Notes under the pieces: generated by a model | Databases searched by the model: none | Seen by the model: the letters and a program-made list of their open reading frames with translations, nothing else | Told to the model about the DNA's origin: nothing | Made by a program: the position numbers and the translations under genes | Assembly (NCBI RefSeq): GCF_900232995.1 | Contig: NZ_OCVX01000005.1 | Span: forward strand, 144,413 to 176,412 | From: Mycobacterium simulans | Lineage (GTDB): Bacteria > Actinomycetota > Actinomycetes > Mycobacteriales > Mycobacteriaceae | Reading direction: 5' to 3' | DNA length: 32,000 nucleotides | Shown: piece by piece, positions 1 to 12,399 of the stretch | Layout of the letters: each line of letters starts with the position of its first letter | Position numbering within the stretch: position 1 is the first letter of the stretch

Positions 1-56
1 AGTGCACGCTGCAGTAGCGAACGCCACTGCCCGCGCTGATGTGACTTCACCGCCAT
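1..56 (-). CDS. 5' end (about 18 codons) of a gene running off the left edge; next gene downstream of the pspA-like gene (Rv2743c-like position)
   Basis: ATG at 56..54 lies 16 nt after the pspA-like stop (73..75). Reads MAVKSHQRGQWRSLLQRA and stays open to the window edge. Too short to assign a function. Confidence 0.4.
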   Translation of the reverse strand, partial: MAVKSHQRGQWRSLLQRA

Positions 57-72
57 CTGAAAACCGGCCGCC

Positions 73-891
73 TTACTGCTGGCCGAACGGCTTCTCGGCG
101 ATTGGCCCACCGGGAGTCTCGGTGGTCGGGGTGACTCCAGGAGCAGCTGCGCCGCCGGCTGGCAGCGCTTCGCCGCGCATCGACGCCCGGATTTGCTCCA
201 GCCGAGAATGCCCGGCCATCTGCACGCCCGCCTGCTGGACCTCGAGCATGCGGCCTTGCACAGAGCTTTGTGCAAGTTCGGCCTGTCCCAACGCGTTGGC
301 GTAGCGACGTTCGATCTTGTCGCGCACCTCGTCGAGGGTTGGGGTATTGCCCGGCGCCGCAAGCTCACTCATCGACCGCAGCGAGGCGCTGACCTGCTCC
401 TGCATCTTTGCCTGCTCGAGTTGGCTGAGCAACTTGGTGCGCTCCGCGATCTTCTGCTGCAGAACCATGGCGTTCTGTTCGACTGCCTTCTTGGCCTGCG
501 CCGCCGCCTGCAAGGCCTGGTCGTGCAGCGCCTTGAGGTCTTCGACGCTCTGTTCGGCGGTCACTAGCTGGGCGGCGAACGCCTCGGCGGCGTTGTTGTA
601 CTCCGTCGCCTTGGCGGCGTCTCCGGCGGCGGTGGCTTGGTCGACCAGCGTCAGCGCCTGACGGACGTTGACCTGTAACTTTTCGATGTCAGCTAGCTGC
701 CGATTGAGCCGCATCTCCAGCTGTCGCTGGTTGCCGATCACTTGCGCGGCCTGTTGCGTCAGCGCCTGATGAGTGCGCTGCGCCTCCTCGATGGCCTGTT
801 GAATCTGGACTTTGGGGTCGGCGTGCTCGTCAATCTTGGAGCTGAACAGCGCCATGAGGTACTTCCACGCCTTTACGAACGGATTGGCCAT
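73..891 (-). CDS. pspA: PspA/IM30 family protein (35-kDa antigen, Rv2744c homologue)
   Basis: 272-aa [41 protein letters not shown]..., long Ala/Gln/Glu coiled-coil typical of PspA/IM30. Lies downstream of clgR as in M. tuberculosis. Confidence 0.9.
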   Translation of the reverse strand: MANPFVKAWKYLMALFSSKIDEHADPKVQIQQAIEEAQRTHQALTQQAAQVIGNQRQLEMRLNRQLADIEKLQVNVRQALTLVDQATAAGDAAKATEYNNAAEAFAAQLVTAEQSVEDLKALHDQALQAAAQAKKAVEQNAMVLQQKIAERTKLLSQLEQAKMQEQVSASLRSMSELAAPGNTPTLDEVRDKIERRYANALGQAELAQSSVQGRMLEVQQAGVQMAGHSRLEQIRASMRGEALPAGGAAAPGVTPTTETPGGPIAEKPFGQQ

Positions 892-1007
892 CAGTTAGCT
901 CCGCCTTCGCTTCTTCGTGCTGGATGGGCACATAACCCTGTCGCTCAATTTAACGGTTCAGCGCGACTCGCCCCACCCATGGTGCTTATCTGGTCGAGAC
1001 GGGACGC

Positions 1008-1346
1008 TCAGGCCACGGCCAGAGACGCGACCGGGGGGATGACGACCTTAGTGCTGGCATCAATACTGGTGCCGCTTGGCGCGGTGGCCGCAACAGTGCT
1101 GGCCGCACTCTCCAAATGCGCCATCCGTTCTGCCGCATCGGTGAGCATCTGCGACAACGGGACCTGTAAGGCATCGCAAATCGCGTTGAGCAGCTCGCTG
1201 GAGGGCTCCTTGCGGCCACGCTCGACCTCCGACAGATAACCGAGGCTCACCCGCGCTGAATCCGACACCTCGCGCAGCGTCCGGCCCTGCGAAGTCCGGG
1301 CTCCGCGCAGCACGTCGCCTATGACCTCGCGCACCAATGACGCCAT
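1008..1346 (-). CDS. clgR: ClgR, XRE-family HTH transcriptional regulator (Rv2745c homologue)
   Basis: [53 protein letters not shown] is an XRE HTH. ATG at 1346 is preceded by AAGGAG (rc of 1352-1357), so the 124-aa ORF start at 1382 is rejected. 112 aa. Confidence 0.9.
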   Translation of the reverse strand: MASLVREVIGDVLRGARTSQGRTLREVSDSARVSLGYLSEVERGRKEPSSELLNAICDALQVPLSQMLTDAAERMAHLESAASTVAATAPSGTSIDASTKVVIPPVASLAVA

Positions 1347-1397
1347 CGTGGTCTCCTTCGTCCGGTCACGCCTGTTCGGCACCCAACGTTCTACATC

Positions 1398-1423
1398 AAC
1401 GCCGGCACCGGTGGGTTGGTTCC
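1398..1423 (-). promoter_or_regulatory. Candidate ECF (SigE/SigH-type) promoter for clgR: GGAAC-N17-CGTT
   Basis: On the minus strand, GGAAC (1423..1419) and CGTT (1401..1398) are separated by 17 nt, in the 84-nt pgsA3-clgR spacer about 50 nt upstream of the clgR ATG. clgR is known to be SigE-dependent in M. tuberculosis. Confidence 0.45.
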
Positions 1424-1430
1424 CGCTCGA

Positions 1431-2057
1431 TCAAGATCCGCGACTAGACCAGCGAACTTCCCTGATGGTCGATGCAACATAGTCGACACCGGTGACCACG
1501 GTGAGCACGATCGCGGCAACCATCACTACCTCTGCGGACACGTGGAGCGGACCCGAAAGCGGCAACACGAACAACCCGATCGCCACCGCCTGGACCACAG
1601 TTTTGAGTTTGCCGCCCCAGCTGGCGGGAATGACGCCCCGGCGGATGACGGCCAACCGCAACACAGTCACCCCAAGCTCGCGGCTCATGATCACCACAGT
1701 GACCCACCACGGCAAGTCACCCAGAATCGACAACCCGATCAATGCCGACCCGATCAGCGTCTTGTCCGCGATCGGATCAATAAACGCGCCGAATTCAGTC
1801 GCCATTCCATAGTTGCGGGCCAGCAGGCCGTCGAATCGATCGGTAATGCAAGCGGCCGCAAATATCGCCCACGCCACGACGCGGGCCGTGGTGTGGTGAC
1901 CGCCCCCGTAGAACAAAGCGAGCAAGAAAAGCGGAACCATCAGCAGCCGCAACAGCGTCAGGATATTGGCGAGATTGGCGATACGGGCGCGGCTTGTCAA
2001 TTGACCTGTTTCAGTCTGCCCCGACACGGCAACAGAATAACGGGTTGACCAGCCCAT
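1431..2057 (-). CDS. pgsA3: CDP-diacylglycerol--glycerol-3-phosphate 3-phosphatidyltransferase (PgsA3, Rv2746c homologue)
   Basis: 208-aa ORF with the CDP-alcohol phosphotransferase motif DRFDGLLARNYGMATEFGAFIDPIADK and multiple TM helices. Exact start uncertain. Confidence 0.85.
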   Translation of the reverse strand: MGWSTRYSVAVSGQTETGQLTSRARIANLANILTLLRLLMVPLFLLALFYGGGHHTTARVVAWAIFAAACITDRFDGLLARNYGMATEFGAFIDPIADKTLIGSALIGLSILGDLPWWVTVVIMSRELGVTVLRLAVIRRGVIPASWGGKLKTVVQAVAIGLFVLPLSGPLHVSAEVVMVAAIVLTVVTGVDYVASTIREVRWSSRGS

Positions 2058-2087
2058 GCGACCCCCCGATGTCGATACTGTTCACAC

Positions 2088-2603
2088 GTGAGCGAAAGTC
2101 CACGGGATTACCGGCCGGTGGTCCGGCGCGCGCGAACATCTGATGTGCCCGCGATCAAACAACTCGTCGACACCTACGCGGGAAAGATCCTGCTGGAAAA
2201 GAATCTCGTGACGCTCTATGAAGCCGTCCAAGAATTCTGGGTCGCAGAACACGAAGGCAAAGTGGTCGGTTGCGGAGCACTGCACGTGTTGTGGTCCGAC
2301 CTCGGCGAAATCCGTACCGTGGCAGTCGACCCCGCGATGACCGGCCACGGCATTGGCCACGCGATCGTCAGAAGGCTTCTCGACGTCGCCCGCGAGTTGC
2401 AGCTGGAGCGGCTGTTCGTGCTGACCTTCGAAACCGACTTCTTCAGCAAGCATGGGTTCACCGAGATCGAAGGCACACCGGTCACCGCGGAGGTGTTCGA
2501 GGAGATGTGCCGCTCCTATGACATCGGCGTCGCCGAATTCCTGGATTTGAGCTACGTCAAGCCCAACATCCTGGGCAACTCACGAATGCTGCTGGTCCTT
2601 TAA
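2088..2603 (+). CDS. argA: GNAT-family N-acetylglutamate synthase (Rv2747 homologue)
   Basis: 171 aa, GTG start. Acetyl-CoA binding region IRTVAVDPAMTGHGIGHAIVRRLL. Sequence is close to what I recall of Rv2747, and synteny agrees. Confidence 0.8.
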   Translation: MSESPRDYRPVVRRARTSDVPAIKQLVDTYAGKILLEKNLVTLYEAVQEFWVAEHEGKVVGCGALHVLWSDLGEIRTVAVDPAMTGHGIGHAIVRRLLDVARELQLERLFVLTFETDFFSKHGFTEIEGTPVTAEVFEEMCRSYDIGVAEFLDLSYVKPNILGNSRMLLVL

Positions 2604-2608
2604 TCCCG

Positions 2609-2666
2609 CGAGCAGACACAGAATCGCGCTCGCGAGGTCCGCGGAGTGCGATTCTGTGTCTGCTCG
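2609..2666. terminator. Perfect 19-bp-stem hairpin between convergent argA and ftsK stops (bidirectional, I-shaped terminator candidate; TRIT-like element)
   Basis: CGAGCAGACACAGAATCGC (2609-2627) pairs with GCGATTCTGTGTCTGCTCG (2648-2666), with a 20-nt loop. It fills the 66-nt gap between the two stop codons. No U-tract. Confidence 0.6.
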
Positions 2667-2669
2667 GCG

Positions 2670-5186
<2,517 letters not shown>

Positions 5187-5320
5187 GCCCGCAAGCCTAG
5201 TCGCAAATACACCATCTGCACCACAAGCCACACTGGTAACGGACGTGTGCCCGTCCCGTTACCTCTTAAACCATGAGTAGGGTGAAAAACATCACCCCCG
5301 GCAGACTCAGGAGGCCCTGC

Positions 5321-5635
5321 ATGCCCGTCGTCGTCGTCGCCACCTTGACCGTCAAACCGGAGTCGGTCGACACCGTCCGCGAGATCCTGACCGCCGCGGT
5401 CGAAGAGGTGCACGGCGAACCTGGCTGCCAGCTGTACTCACTGCACCAAACTGGCGAGACCTTCGTCTTCGTCGAGCAATGGGCCGACGAGGAGGCGCTG
5501 AAAGTGCACAGCACCGCCCCCGCGGTCGCCAAGATGTTCACCGCCGCCGGCGAGCACCTGACCGGCCAACCCGATATCAAGATGCTGCAGCCGATTCCCG
5601 CCGGAAACTCAAGCAAAGGACAGCTTCGCCCCTAA
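5321..5635 (+). CDS. ABM (antibiotic-biosynthesis-monooxygenase-like) domain protein (Rv2749 homologue)
   Basis: 104 aa from the ATG at 5321, preceded by [29 protein letters not shown]...[16 protein letters not shown] is typical of the ferredoxin-like ABM fold. Its stop overlaps the next start (TAATG at 5633-5637). Confidence 0.8.
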   Translation: MPVVVVATLTVKPESVDTVREILTAAVEEVHGEPGCQLYSLHQTGETFVFVEQWADEEALKVHSTAPAVAKMFTAAGEHLTGQPDIKMLQPIPAGNSSKGQLRP

Positions 5636-6456
5636 TGGTTCGGCCAATGGAAGGCCGCGTTGCCTTCATTACCGGCGCCGCGCGCGGCCAGGGCCGCGCC
5701 CACGCGGTGCGGCTGGCAGCAGACGGCGCGAACGTGATCGCGGTCGACGTATGCGAGCAGATCGCCAGCGTGCCCTATCCGTTGGGCACCGTTGACGACC
5801 TGGCGGAAACCGCGAAGCTGGTCGAGGACACCGGCGCCCGCATCGTGGCCAGACAAGGCGATGTCCGTGATCGCGCTTCGCTGTCGGCCGCTGTGCAGGC
5901 GGGGGTTGACGAGTTCGGCCGGCTCGACATTGTCGTGGCCAACGCCGGCATCGCGCCCATGCAGTCTGGCGAGGACGGCTGGCGCGACGTCATCGACGTC
6001 AACCTCACCGGCGTGTACCACACCGTTGAGGTCGCCATACCGACGATGGTCGATCAGGGTACCGGCGGGGCGATCGTGCTGATCAGTTCGGCCGCGGGGT
6101 TGGCCGGCCTCGGCAGTGCCCATGCCGGGGCTATTGGCTATGCCGCCGCCCAACACGGGCTCGTCGGATTGATGCGCGTGTACGCCAATCTGCTTGCACA
6201 GCACAACATCCGGGTCAATTCGATACATCCGGCCGGGGTCGACACACCGATGATCAACAACGAGTTCACCCGACAGTGGCTTGCCGCCCTGGTCTCGGAG
6301 TCCGATTCGCCGCCGGACATGGGCAACGCGCTGCCGGTAGAGATTTTGCAGCCCGACGACATCGCCAACGCGGTTGCATGGCTGGTGTCCGACCAGGCGC
6401 GCTATATCACCGGCATCACCTTGCCGGTCGATGCGGGCTTCATGAATAAGCGGTAG
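5635..6456 (+). CDS. Short-chain dehydrogenase/reductase of the carveol-dehydrogenase-like (mycofactocin-associated SDR) type (Rv2750 homologue)
   Basis: [34 protein letters not shown] Rossmann motif. 1-nt stop/start overlap with the upstream gene. The 325-aa ORF N-terminus (from 5479) overlaps the ABM gene and is rejected. Confidence 0.9.
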   Translation: MVRPMEGRVAFITGAARGQGRAHAVRLAADGANVIAVDVCEQIASVPYPLGTVDDLAETAKLVEDTGARIVARQGDVRDRASLSAAVQAGVDEFGRLDIVVANAGIAPMQSGEDGWRDVIDVNLTGVYHTVEVAIPTMVDQGTGGAIVLISSAAGLAGLGSAHAGAIGYAAAQHGLVGLMRVYANLLAQHNIRVNSIHPAGVDTPMINNEFTRQWLAALVSESDSPPDMGNALPVEILQPDDIANAVAWLVSDQARYITGITLPVDAGFMNKR

Positions 6457-6459
6457 ACG

Positions 6460-7332
6460 ATGGCTCGAAATCCTGCTGCTCAGACCGCTTTTGGCCCAAT
6501 GGTGTTGGCGGCCGTCGAACAGAATGAGCCGCCGAGCCGGCGGCTGGTGGATGACGATATGGCCGACCTATTCTTGCCCAGACCGTTGCGCTGGCTAGTC
6601 AGCGCCACTCGGCCGGCGGCGCTCAGGCGCCTTTTCATCAGCTCGTTGGAGTGGTCCGGCCCCGGCCTGTGGGCGAATCTGGTCTGCCGTAAACGGTTTA
6701 TCGGCGACAAGCTCGCCGAAGCACTTGACGACATCGACGCGGTAGTGATCCTCGGCGCCGGATTGGATACCCGGGCCTATAGCTTGACCCGGCAGGTCCG
6801 TATCCCAGTCTTCGAGGTGGATCTGCCGATCAACATCGCTCGCAAGGCCAAGACGGTGCGGCGGGTGCTGGGCGAGTTGCCGCTGTCGGTTCGATTGGTA
6901 GCGGTGGATTTCGAGCACGACGACCTGCTTACCGCACTGGCCGAGCACGGCTACCAAACCGAATACCGGGTCTTCTTCATCTGTGAGGGCGTGACGCAGT
7001 ACCTCACCGAGAAGGCGGTCCGGAGGACCTTGGAGGGATTGCGCGCAACCGCAGCGGGCAGCCGCATCGTATTCACCTACGTCCGCAAAGACTTCATCGA
7101 AGGGACGAATCGGTATGGCACCCGGACGCTGTACCGCTCAGTCCGACAGCGAAGGCAACTGTGGCACTTCGGTTTACAGCCTGACGACGTAGCTGGATTC
7201 ATCACCGAGTACGGATGGCGCCTGGTGGAACAGGCCGGGCCCGACGAGCTTGTCGAACGCTTTGTCAAACCCACCGGGCGCAAACTCAAGGCTTCACAGC
7301 TGGAATGGTCCGCCTACGCCGAGAAGAAGTAG
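6460..7332 (+). CDS. Class I SAM-dependent methyltransferase, putative O-methyltransferase (Rv2751 homologue)
   Basis: 290 aa. VVILGAGLDTRAYSL and FICEGVTQYL motifs are typical of the mycobacterial TIGR00027/leucine-carboxyl-MTase-like family. Confidence 0.85.
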   Translation: MARNPAAQTAFGPMVLAAVEQNEPPSRRLVDDDMADLFLPRPLRWLVSATRPAALRRLFISSLEWSGPGLWANLVCRKRFIGDKLAEALDDIDAVVILGAGLDTRAYSLTRQVRIPVFEVDLPINIARKAKTVRRVLGELPLSVRLVAVDFEHDDLLTALAEHGYQTEYRVFFICEGVTQYLTEKAVRRTLEGLRATAAGSRIVFTYVRKDFIEGTNRYGTRTLYRSVRQRRQLWHFGLQPDDVAGFITEYGWRLVEQAGPDELVERFVKPTGRKLKASQLEWSAYAEKK

Positions 7333-7338
7333 GGCGCT

Positions 7339-9015
7339 TCAGACCTCGATGACCGTGGGCACGATCATCGGCTGCCGACGGTACGTCTCGCCCACCCACT
7401 TGCCGACGGTGCGACGTACACCTTGAGCGATGCGGATCGGATCGACGACGTTGGCGGCCACCAACTGTTCCATCTCTGCCTCGACCTTGCGCACCGCTGG
7501 CTCCAGCGCCTTGGGGTCCTCGGAGAAGCCGCGTGAATGTAGGTGTGGCGCAGCCACCGGACGCCCGGTGCCACGCTTGACCACCACCGTCACCGCGACG
7601 AAACCCTCCGACAAGATAAGGCGCTCACCCAAGGTGATATCGCCGACGTCGCCGGTGATCAGGCCGTCGACAAACATCTTGCCGACCGGAACCGCCCCGC
7701 TGATGCTGGCCTTGCCAGCCACCAGGTCGACGCTGACACCGTTCTCGGCCAACAGAATTGACTCCTCCGGTATCCCAGTGCTGGCGGCTAGCTTGGCGTT
7801 GGCCCGCAGGTGCCGCCACGTCCCATGCACCGGCATGACATGACGCGGCCGTACCCCGTTGTACAGAAAGAGCAACTCTCCGGCGTACGCGTGGCCCGAA
7901 ACATGCACCCGCGCTTGGGCATTGGTGACAACCCGAGCACCGATCTTGGAGAGCGAGTCGATGACTCCGTAGACCGCTTCCTCGTTGCCGGGAATCAGTG
8001 ACGACGACAACACGATGAGGTCGCCCGCAGTCAGGGTAATGCTGCGATGCTCGCCGCGCGACATCCGTGACAACGCCGACATCGGCTCGCCCTGGGTACC
8101 GGTGGTGACCAGCACGACCTTTTCGGGCGGCATCATCTCCGCTGCGGCTATGTCGATGAGGTCGGAGTCGGCCACTCGCAGGAAACCTAGCTGGCGAGCA
8201 ATTCCCATGTTGCGCACCATCGATCGGCCGACAAACGACACCCGACGGCCCAATGCGACTGCGGCATCGATGATCTGCTGTACCCGATCCACATTAGAGG
8301 CGAAACATGCAACGATGACCCGCCCGTCGGCCCCCCGAATCAGCCGGTGCAACGTCGGGCCCACTTCGCTTTCCGATGGCCCGACACCGGGATGCTCGGC
8401 GTTGGTGGAGTCGCACAGGAACAAATCCACACCGGCGTCACCGAGCCGAGACATACCAGGCAGATCGGTGGGGCGACCATCCAGCGGTAGTTGATCGAGC
8501 TTGATATCGCCGGTGAACAAGACCGTGCCCGCGCCGGTGTAGACGGCGATGGCCAGCGCATCCGGGACGGAGTGGTTGACGGCGAAATATTCGCACTCGA
8601 ACACACCGTGCTCGGTGCTTTGCCCCTCCGCGACTTGGACTAACACCGGTTTGATGCGATGTTCACGGCATTTCGTGGCGACCAGCGCCAGGGTGAACTT
8701 CGAACCAACGATTGGGATGTCGGGCCGCAGCTTGAGTAGGTATGGGATTGCCCCAATGTGGTCCTCATGCGCATGGGTCAGTACCAGCGCCTCGATGTCG
8801 TCGAGCCGGTCTTCGATATGGCGCATGTCCGGCAGGATCAGGTCGACGCCCGGCTCGTCGTGCGTGGGGAACATTACCCCGCAGTCGATGATCAGCAGTC
8901 GACCCAGATGCTCGAAAACCGTCATGTTGCGACCGATTTCGCTGATACCACCCAGCGCGGTTACCCGCAACCCACCCACGGTCAGGGGACCTGGTGGCGC
9001 GAGCTCTACATCCAC
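7339..9015 (-). CDS. rnj: Ribonuclease J (Rv2752c homologue)
   Basis: Metallo-beta-lactamase/beta-CASP protein with LTHAHEDHIGAIPYL. GTG at 9015 gives 558 aa starting VDVELAPPGPLTVGGLRVTALGG, 19 nt after the dapA stop. The 611-aa ORF extension overlaps dapA and is rejected. Confidence 0.95.
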   Translation of the reverse strand: MDVELAPPGPLTVGGLRVTALGGISEIGRNMTVFEHLGRLLIIDCGVMFPTHDEPGVDLILPDMRHIEDRLDDIEALVLTHAHEDHIGAIPYLLKLRPDIPIVGSKFTLALVATKCREHRIKPVLVQVAEGQSTEHGVFECEYFAVNHSVPDALAIAVYTGAGTVLFTGDIKLDQLPLDGRPTDLPGMSRLGDAGVDLFLCDSTNAEHPGVGPSESEVGPTLHRLIRGADGRVIVACFASNVDRVQQIIDAAVALGRRVSFVGRSMVRNMGIARQLGFLRVADSDLIDIAAAEMMPPEKVVLVTTGTQGEPMSALSRMSRGEHRSITLTAGDLIVLSSSLIPGNEEAVYGVIDSLSKIGARVVTNAQARVHVSGHAYAGELLFLYNGVRPRHVMPVHGTWRHLRANAKLAASTGIPEESILLAENGVSVDLVAGKASISGAVPVGKMFVDGLITGDVGDITLGERLILSEGFVAVTVVVKRGTGRPVAAPHLHSRGFSEDPKALEPAVRKVEAEMEQLVAANVVDPIRIAQGVRRTVGKWVGETYRRQPMIVPTVIEV

Positions 9016-9034
9016 TTGTGGGCCGCCCTTTGGT

Positions 9035-9943
<909 letters not shown>

Positions 9944-10037
9944 CTAGGTTACCTGGCGCTTTATCGCCGCCGCGAGCGTGCGTGTTTGTTCAGCGACACG
10001 CCGCGCGGGCAGTACATTTTCGCACCGTCGCGGCGGG

Positions 10038-10790
10038 TCAGGCTTCGGTCGCCAGCGGACTAGTCGCGACCTCGGTGCCGTCGGCCAAGGTCGAAACCTC
10101 GAAGTCGGCGAACACCGCGGGCGCGACGTCGACGAGCTGGCGCAAGCACTCGATGGCTAGCCGCCGGATTTCGACGTCGGCGTGTTCGCTGGCGCGCACG
10201 GCGATGAAGTGCCGCCACGCCCGGTAGTTGCCGGTCACGACGATGCGAGTTTCGGTGGCATTGGGCAGCACGGCGCGAGCGGCCTGGCGTGCCTGCTTGC
10301 GGCGCAGCACTGCGTTTGGCTGATCAGCGAACTTGGCTTCCAGCTTGGCCAGCAGGTCGGTGTAGGTGGCTCGGCTGGCGTCGGCGGCTGCGGTCAGGAT
10401 CTGGCGCAGTTCGGGGTCGTCCTCCATGCCGGGCGGCATCACGACCTGCGAGTCTTTCTCGGGCACGTAGCGCTGCGAGAGTTGCGAATAGGAGAAGTGC
10501 CGGTGCCGGATTAGCTCATGAGTACACGATCGCGAGATGCCGGTGATGTAGAACGACACACCGGCGTGCTCAAGCACCGAGAAGTGTCCGACGTCGATGA
10601 TGTGCTTGATGTAGCCGGCGTTGGTGGCGGTCTTCGGATTGGGCTTGGACCAGCTCTGGTAGCAAGCCCGGCCGGCGAATTCGACGAGCGCGGAACCCCC
10701 TTCCGCGTCGGTTGTCCAGGGCACATCCGAGGGTGCCAAGAACTCGGTCTTGGCGATGAGTTGCACGCGCAGCGGCGCGGTCTTTGCCAC
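10038..10790 (-). CDS. thyX: Flavin-dependent thymidylate synthase ThyX
   Basis: 250 aa with the ThyX signature [14 protein letters not shown] (RHR...S motif). Syntenic with Rv2754c. Confidence 0.95.
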   Translation of the reverse strand: MAKTAPLRVQLIAKTEFLAPSDVPWTTDAEGGSALVEFAGRACYQSWSKPNPKTATNAGYIKHIIDVGHFSVLEHAGVSFYITGISRSCTHELIRHRHFSYSQLSQRYVPEKDSQVVMPPGMEDDPELRQILTAAADASRATYTDLLAKLEAKFADQPNAVLRRKQARQAARAVLPNATETRIVVTGNYRAWRHFIAVRASEHADVEIRRLAIECLRQLVDVAPAVFADFEVSTLADGTEVATSPLATEA

Positions 10791-10830
10791 GGCTGATCAC
10801 CTTAACGCGGCGACGGTACGCGGCGTGCCA

Positions 10831-11229
10831 TCAGACGAGTTCGGTCCGGCAGGTCAGTTGTGGCGCGCGGCTCAGGCGGGTGTCCGCGGTGAGCAGAGGA
10901 ATGTCGAGGTTGGTGGCCAGAGCCACGTAGAGCGCGTCGTAAAAACTCAAGTTGTGCCGCAAGCTCCACGCGCATCGGGCTAGTACCCCGACGTGTGGAT
11001 AGCGATCGTCGATCAGCGGGGCGGCGACGCGTAGCGCCGTATCGGCCTCCCTGGCGCTGATGTGCCCCGCCTGCTCGTGGCGGCGCAGCACGTTGCCGAC
11101 CTCGGCGTCGATCAAATGCGGTGCGTGCCGCCGCATCTCGGGCAGTCGCGCCCGCAGCGCATCGGCGGCGTCGGTCTTGGCGATCAAGGCCAGTACGAGC
11201 GCGGACGCGTCGATAACGTAGTCGTTCAC
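10831..11229 (-). CDS. vapC: PIN-domain ribonuclease toxin VapC
   Basis: 132 aa with PIN acidic residues in the expected contexts (VIDASALV, LIDAEV, FYDALYV, LLTADTRL). 4-nt overlap with the upstream antitoxin gene. Confidence 0.85.
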   Translation of the reverse strand: MNDYVIDASALVLALIAKTDAADALRARLPEMRRHAPHLIDAEVGNVLRRHEQAGHISAREADTALRVAAPLIDDRYPHVGVLARCAWSLRHNLSFYDALYVALATNLDIPLLTADTRLSRAPQLTCRTELV

Positions 11230-11462
11230 CGCCGGTCCGCGGCCAGATCGGCAAGGATAGATTCCCGCGTCGCCCCCGGCGTTTCGCTTTCCCTACGTAC
11301 GACCTCCATGGCTGCCAACGCCTCGGCCGCGGTGGGACGGCTCGCGAAGTCGATCACCCAGTCGCGCATGTAGGACTGGATGGAGCGTCCCGCCGCTCGA
11401 GCGCGCTTGCGAATCACCTCGTACGCGTCTTCGGGGATCTCCCGGATCTGGATTGTCGCCAT
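11226..11462 (-). CDS. vapB: Ribbon-helix-helix antitoxin VapB (FitA/Arc-like)
   Basis: 78 aa. MATIQIREIPEDAYEVIRKRARAAGRSIQSYMRDWV is an RHH N-terminus. Overlaps the vapC start by 4 nt. Confidence 0.8.
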   Translation of the reverse strand: MATIQIREIPEDAYEVIRKRARAAGRSIQSYMRDWVIDFASRPTAAEALAAMEVVRRESETPGATRESILADLAADRR

Positions 11463-11527
11463 AGCGCCACTTTAGCGCTATAACGCTAATACGGCCGTAT
11501 GGTTTCCTTGATACGGTTAGCCGTATG
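11461..11527. promoter_or_regulatory. Divergent vapB/vapB promoter region carrying three operator-like dyads
   Basis: ATAGCGC-N7-GCGCTAT (11461-11481, overlaps the minus-strand vapB ATG). Perfect 12-bp palindrome ATACGGCCGTAT (11489-11500). ATACGG-N4-CCGTAT (11511-11526, overlaps the plus-strand vapB ATG at 11525). Confidence 0.5.
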
Positions 11528-11767
11528 AAGACGACGATCAACCTTCCCGATGAGTTGGTACGAGAAGCGCAGGAATTGGCTCGCCGGGAGCGGACCACTC
11601 TGCGGGAGTTGATCGAAACAGGCCTGCGGGCCGTGATCAAACAGCGCTCGGGCGGTTCGTCGTTCGCCCTCCAAGACGCCAGCGTCGCCGGTCACGGTCT
11701 CCAGCCGGCCTTCCGTAACGCATCGTGGGGACAAGTGCGGGACGCCATCTATGAGCAACCCGAATGA
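11525..11767 (+). CDS. vapB: VapB-family antitoxin (RHH type)
   Basis: 80 aa. MKTTINLPDELVREAQELARRERTTLRELIETGLRAV. ATGA overlap with the following PIN gene. Confidence 0.8.
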   Translation: MKTTINLPDELVREAQELARRERTTLRELIETGLRAVIKQRSGGSSFALQDASVAGHGLQPAFRNASWGQVRDAIYEQPE

Positions 11768-12201
11768 TCGCCGTCGACACGAACATCCTGGTGTATGCGC
11801 ACCGGCGCGACGCGGAATTCCACGACGAGGCCGCCGAGCGCATCAAGGAATTGGCCGAAGGTAGATCTGCGTGGGCGATTCCATGGCCCTGCCTGCACGA
11901 GTTTTTCGCGATCAGCACGCACCCCAGGATCTATGACCCGCCGAGCACACGGAACCAGGCCGTCGCGCAGATGGGCGCCTGGCTGGCCTCACCCAGCCTG
12001 ACGATGCTCGGCGAGCCCGCCGGTTACTGGGATCAGCTCAAACACGTGCTTGCCAGTGGACGAGTAACCGGTTCGATGGTGCACGATGCGAGGGTCGCCG
12101 CGCTGTGCGTTGCGCATGGGGTTCGCGAGCTGTGGTCGGCCGATCGCGACTTCGGGCGATTCAGTTCGGTTCTGGCCGTGCGGAATCCATTGACCGGCTA
12201 A
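11764..12201 (+). CDS. vapC: PIN-domain ribonuclease toxin VapC
   Basis: 145 aa. MIAVDTNILVYAHRRD..., VHDARVAALC, LWSADRDF supply the PIN acidic residues. Confidence 0.85.
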   Translation: MIAVDTNILVYAHRRDAEFHDEAAERIKELAEGRSAWAIPWPCLHEFFAISTHPRIYDPPSTRNQAVAQMGAWLASPSLTMLGEPAGYWDQLKHVLASGRVTGSMVHDARVAALCVAHGVRELWSADRDFGRFSSVLAVRNPLTG

Positions 12202-12399
12202 CCTAATTAACGTTGCGGCACCGCTTTTGCGCTCGATGGGCGCGGACGAACGCGAACACAGCTACGTCCCCATCGAATTGGATTGCCAACCGCGCTGCGA
12301 GAACCGCCGGTCGACGGCATTTGTTGATGAGAGAGATGCCCGATCTGGAGTATTGCGTCACGGTATGGCTGCGCTGGGCTTTCACAGCTCGAAGGACAT

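Noticed and set aside
1347-1382. N-terminal 12-codon extension of ClgR (ORF start at 1382)
   Set aside because: The internal ATG at 1346 has a strong AAGGAG RBS and gives the 112-aa length expected for ClgR.
5479-5634. 52-codon N-terminal extension of the SDR gene
   Set aside because: It overlaps the ABM-domain gene in another frame. The TAATG stop/start junction at 5633-5637 gives a canonical SDR N-terminus.
12202-12399. Small ORFs (67-87 aa, both strands) and a GCGG-CA-CCGC-TTTT mini-hairpin in the convergent vapC / 295-aa gene spacer
   Set aside because: The ORFs have no RBS, have poor composition and overlap each other. The hairpin has a 2-nt loop and a 4-bp stem, too weak to call a terminator. 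The region is better read as the non-coding island boundary.
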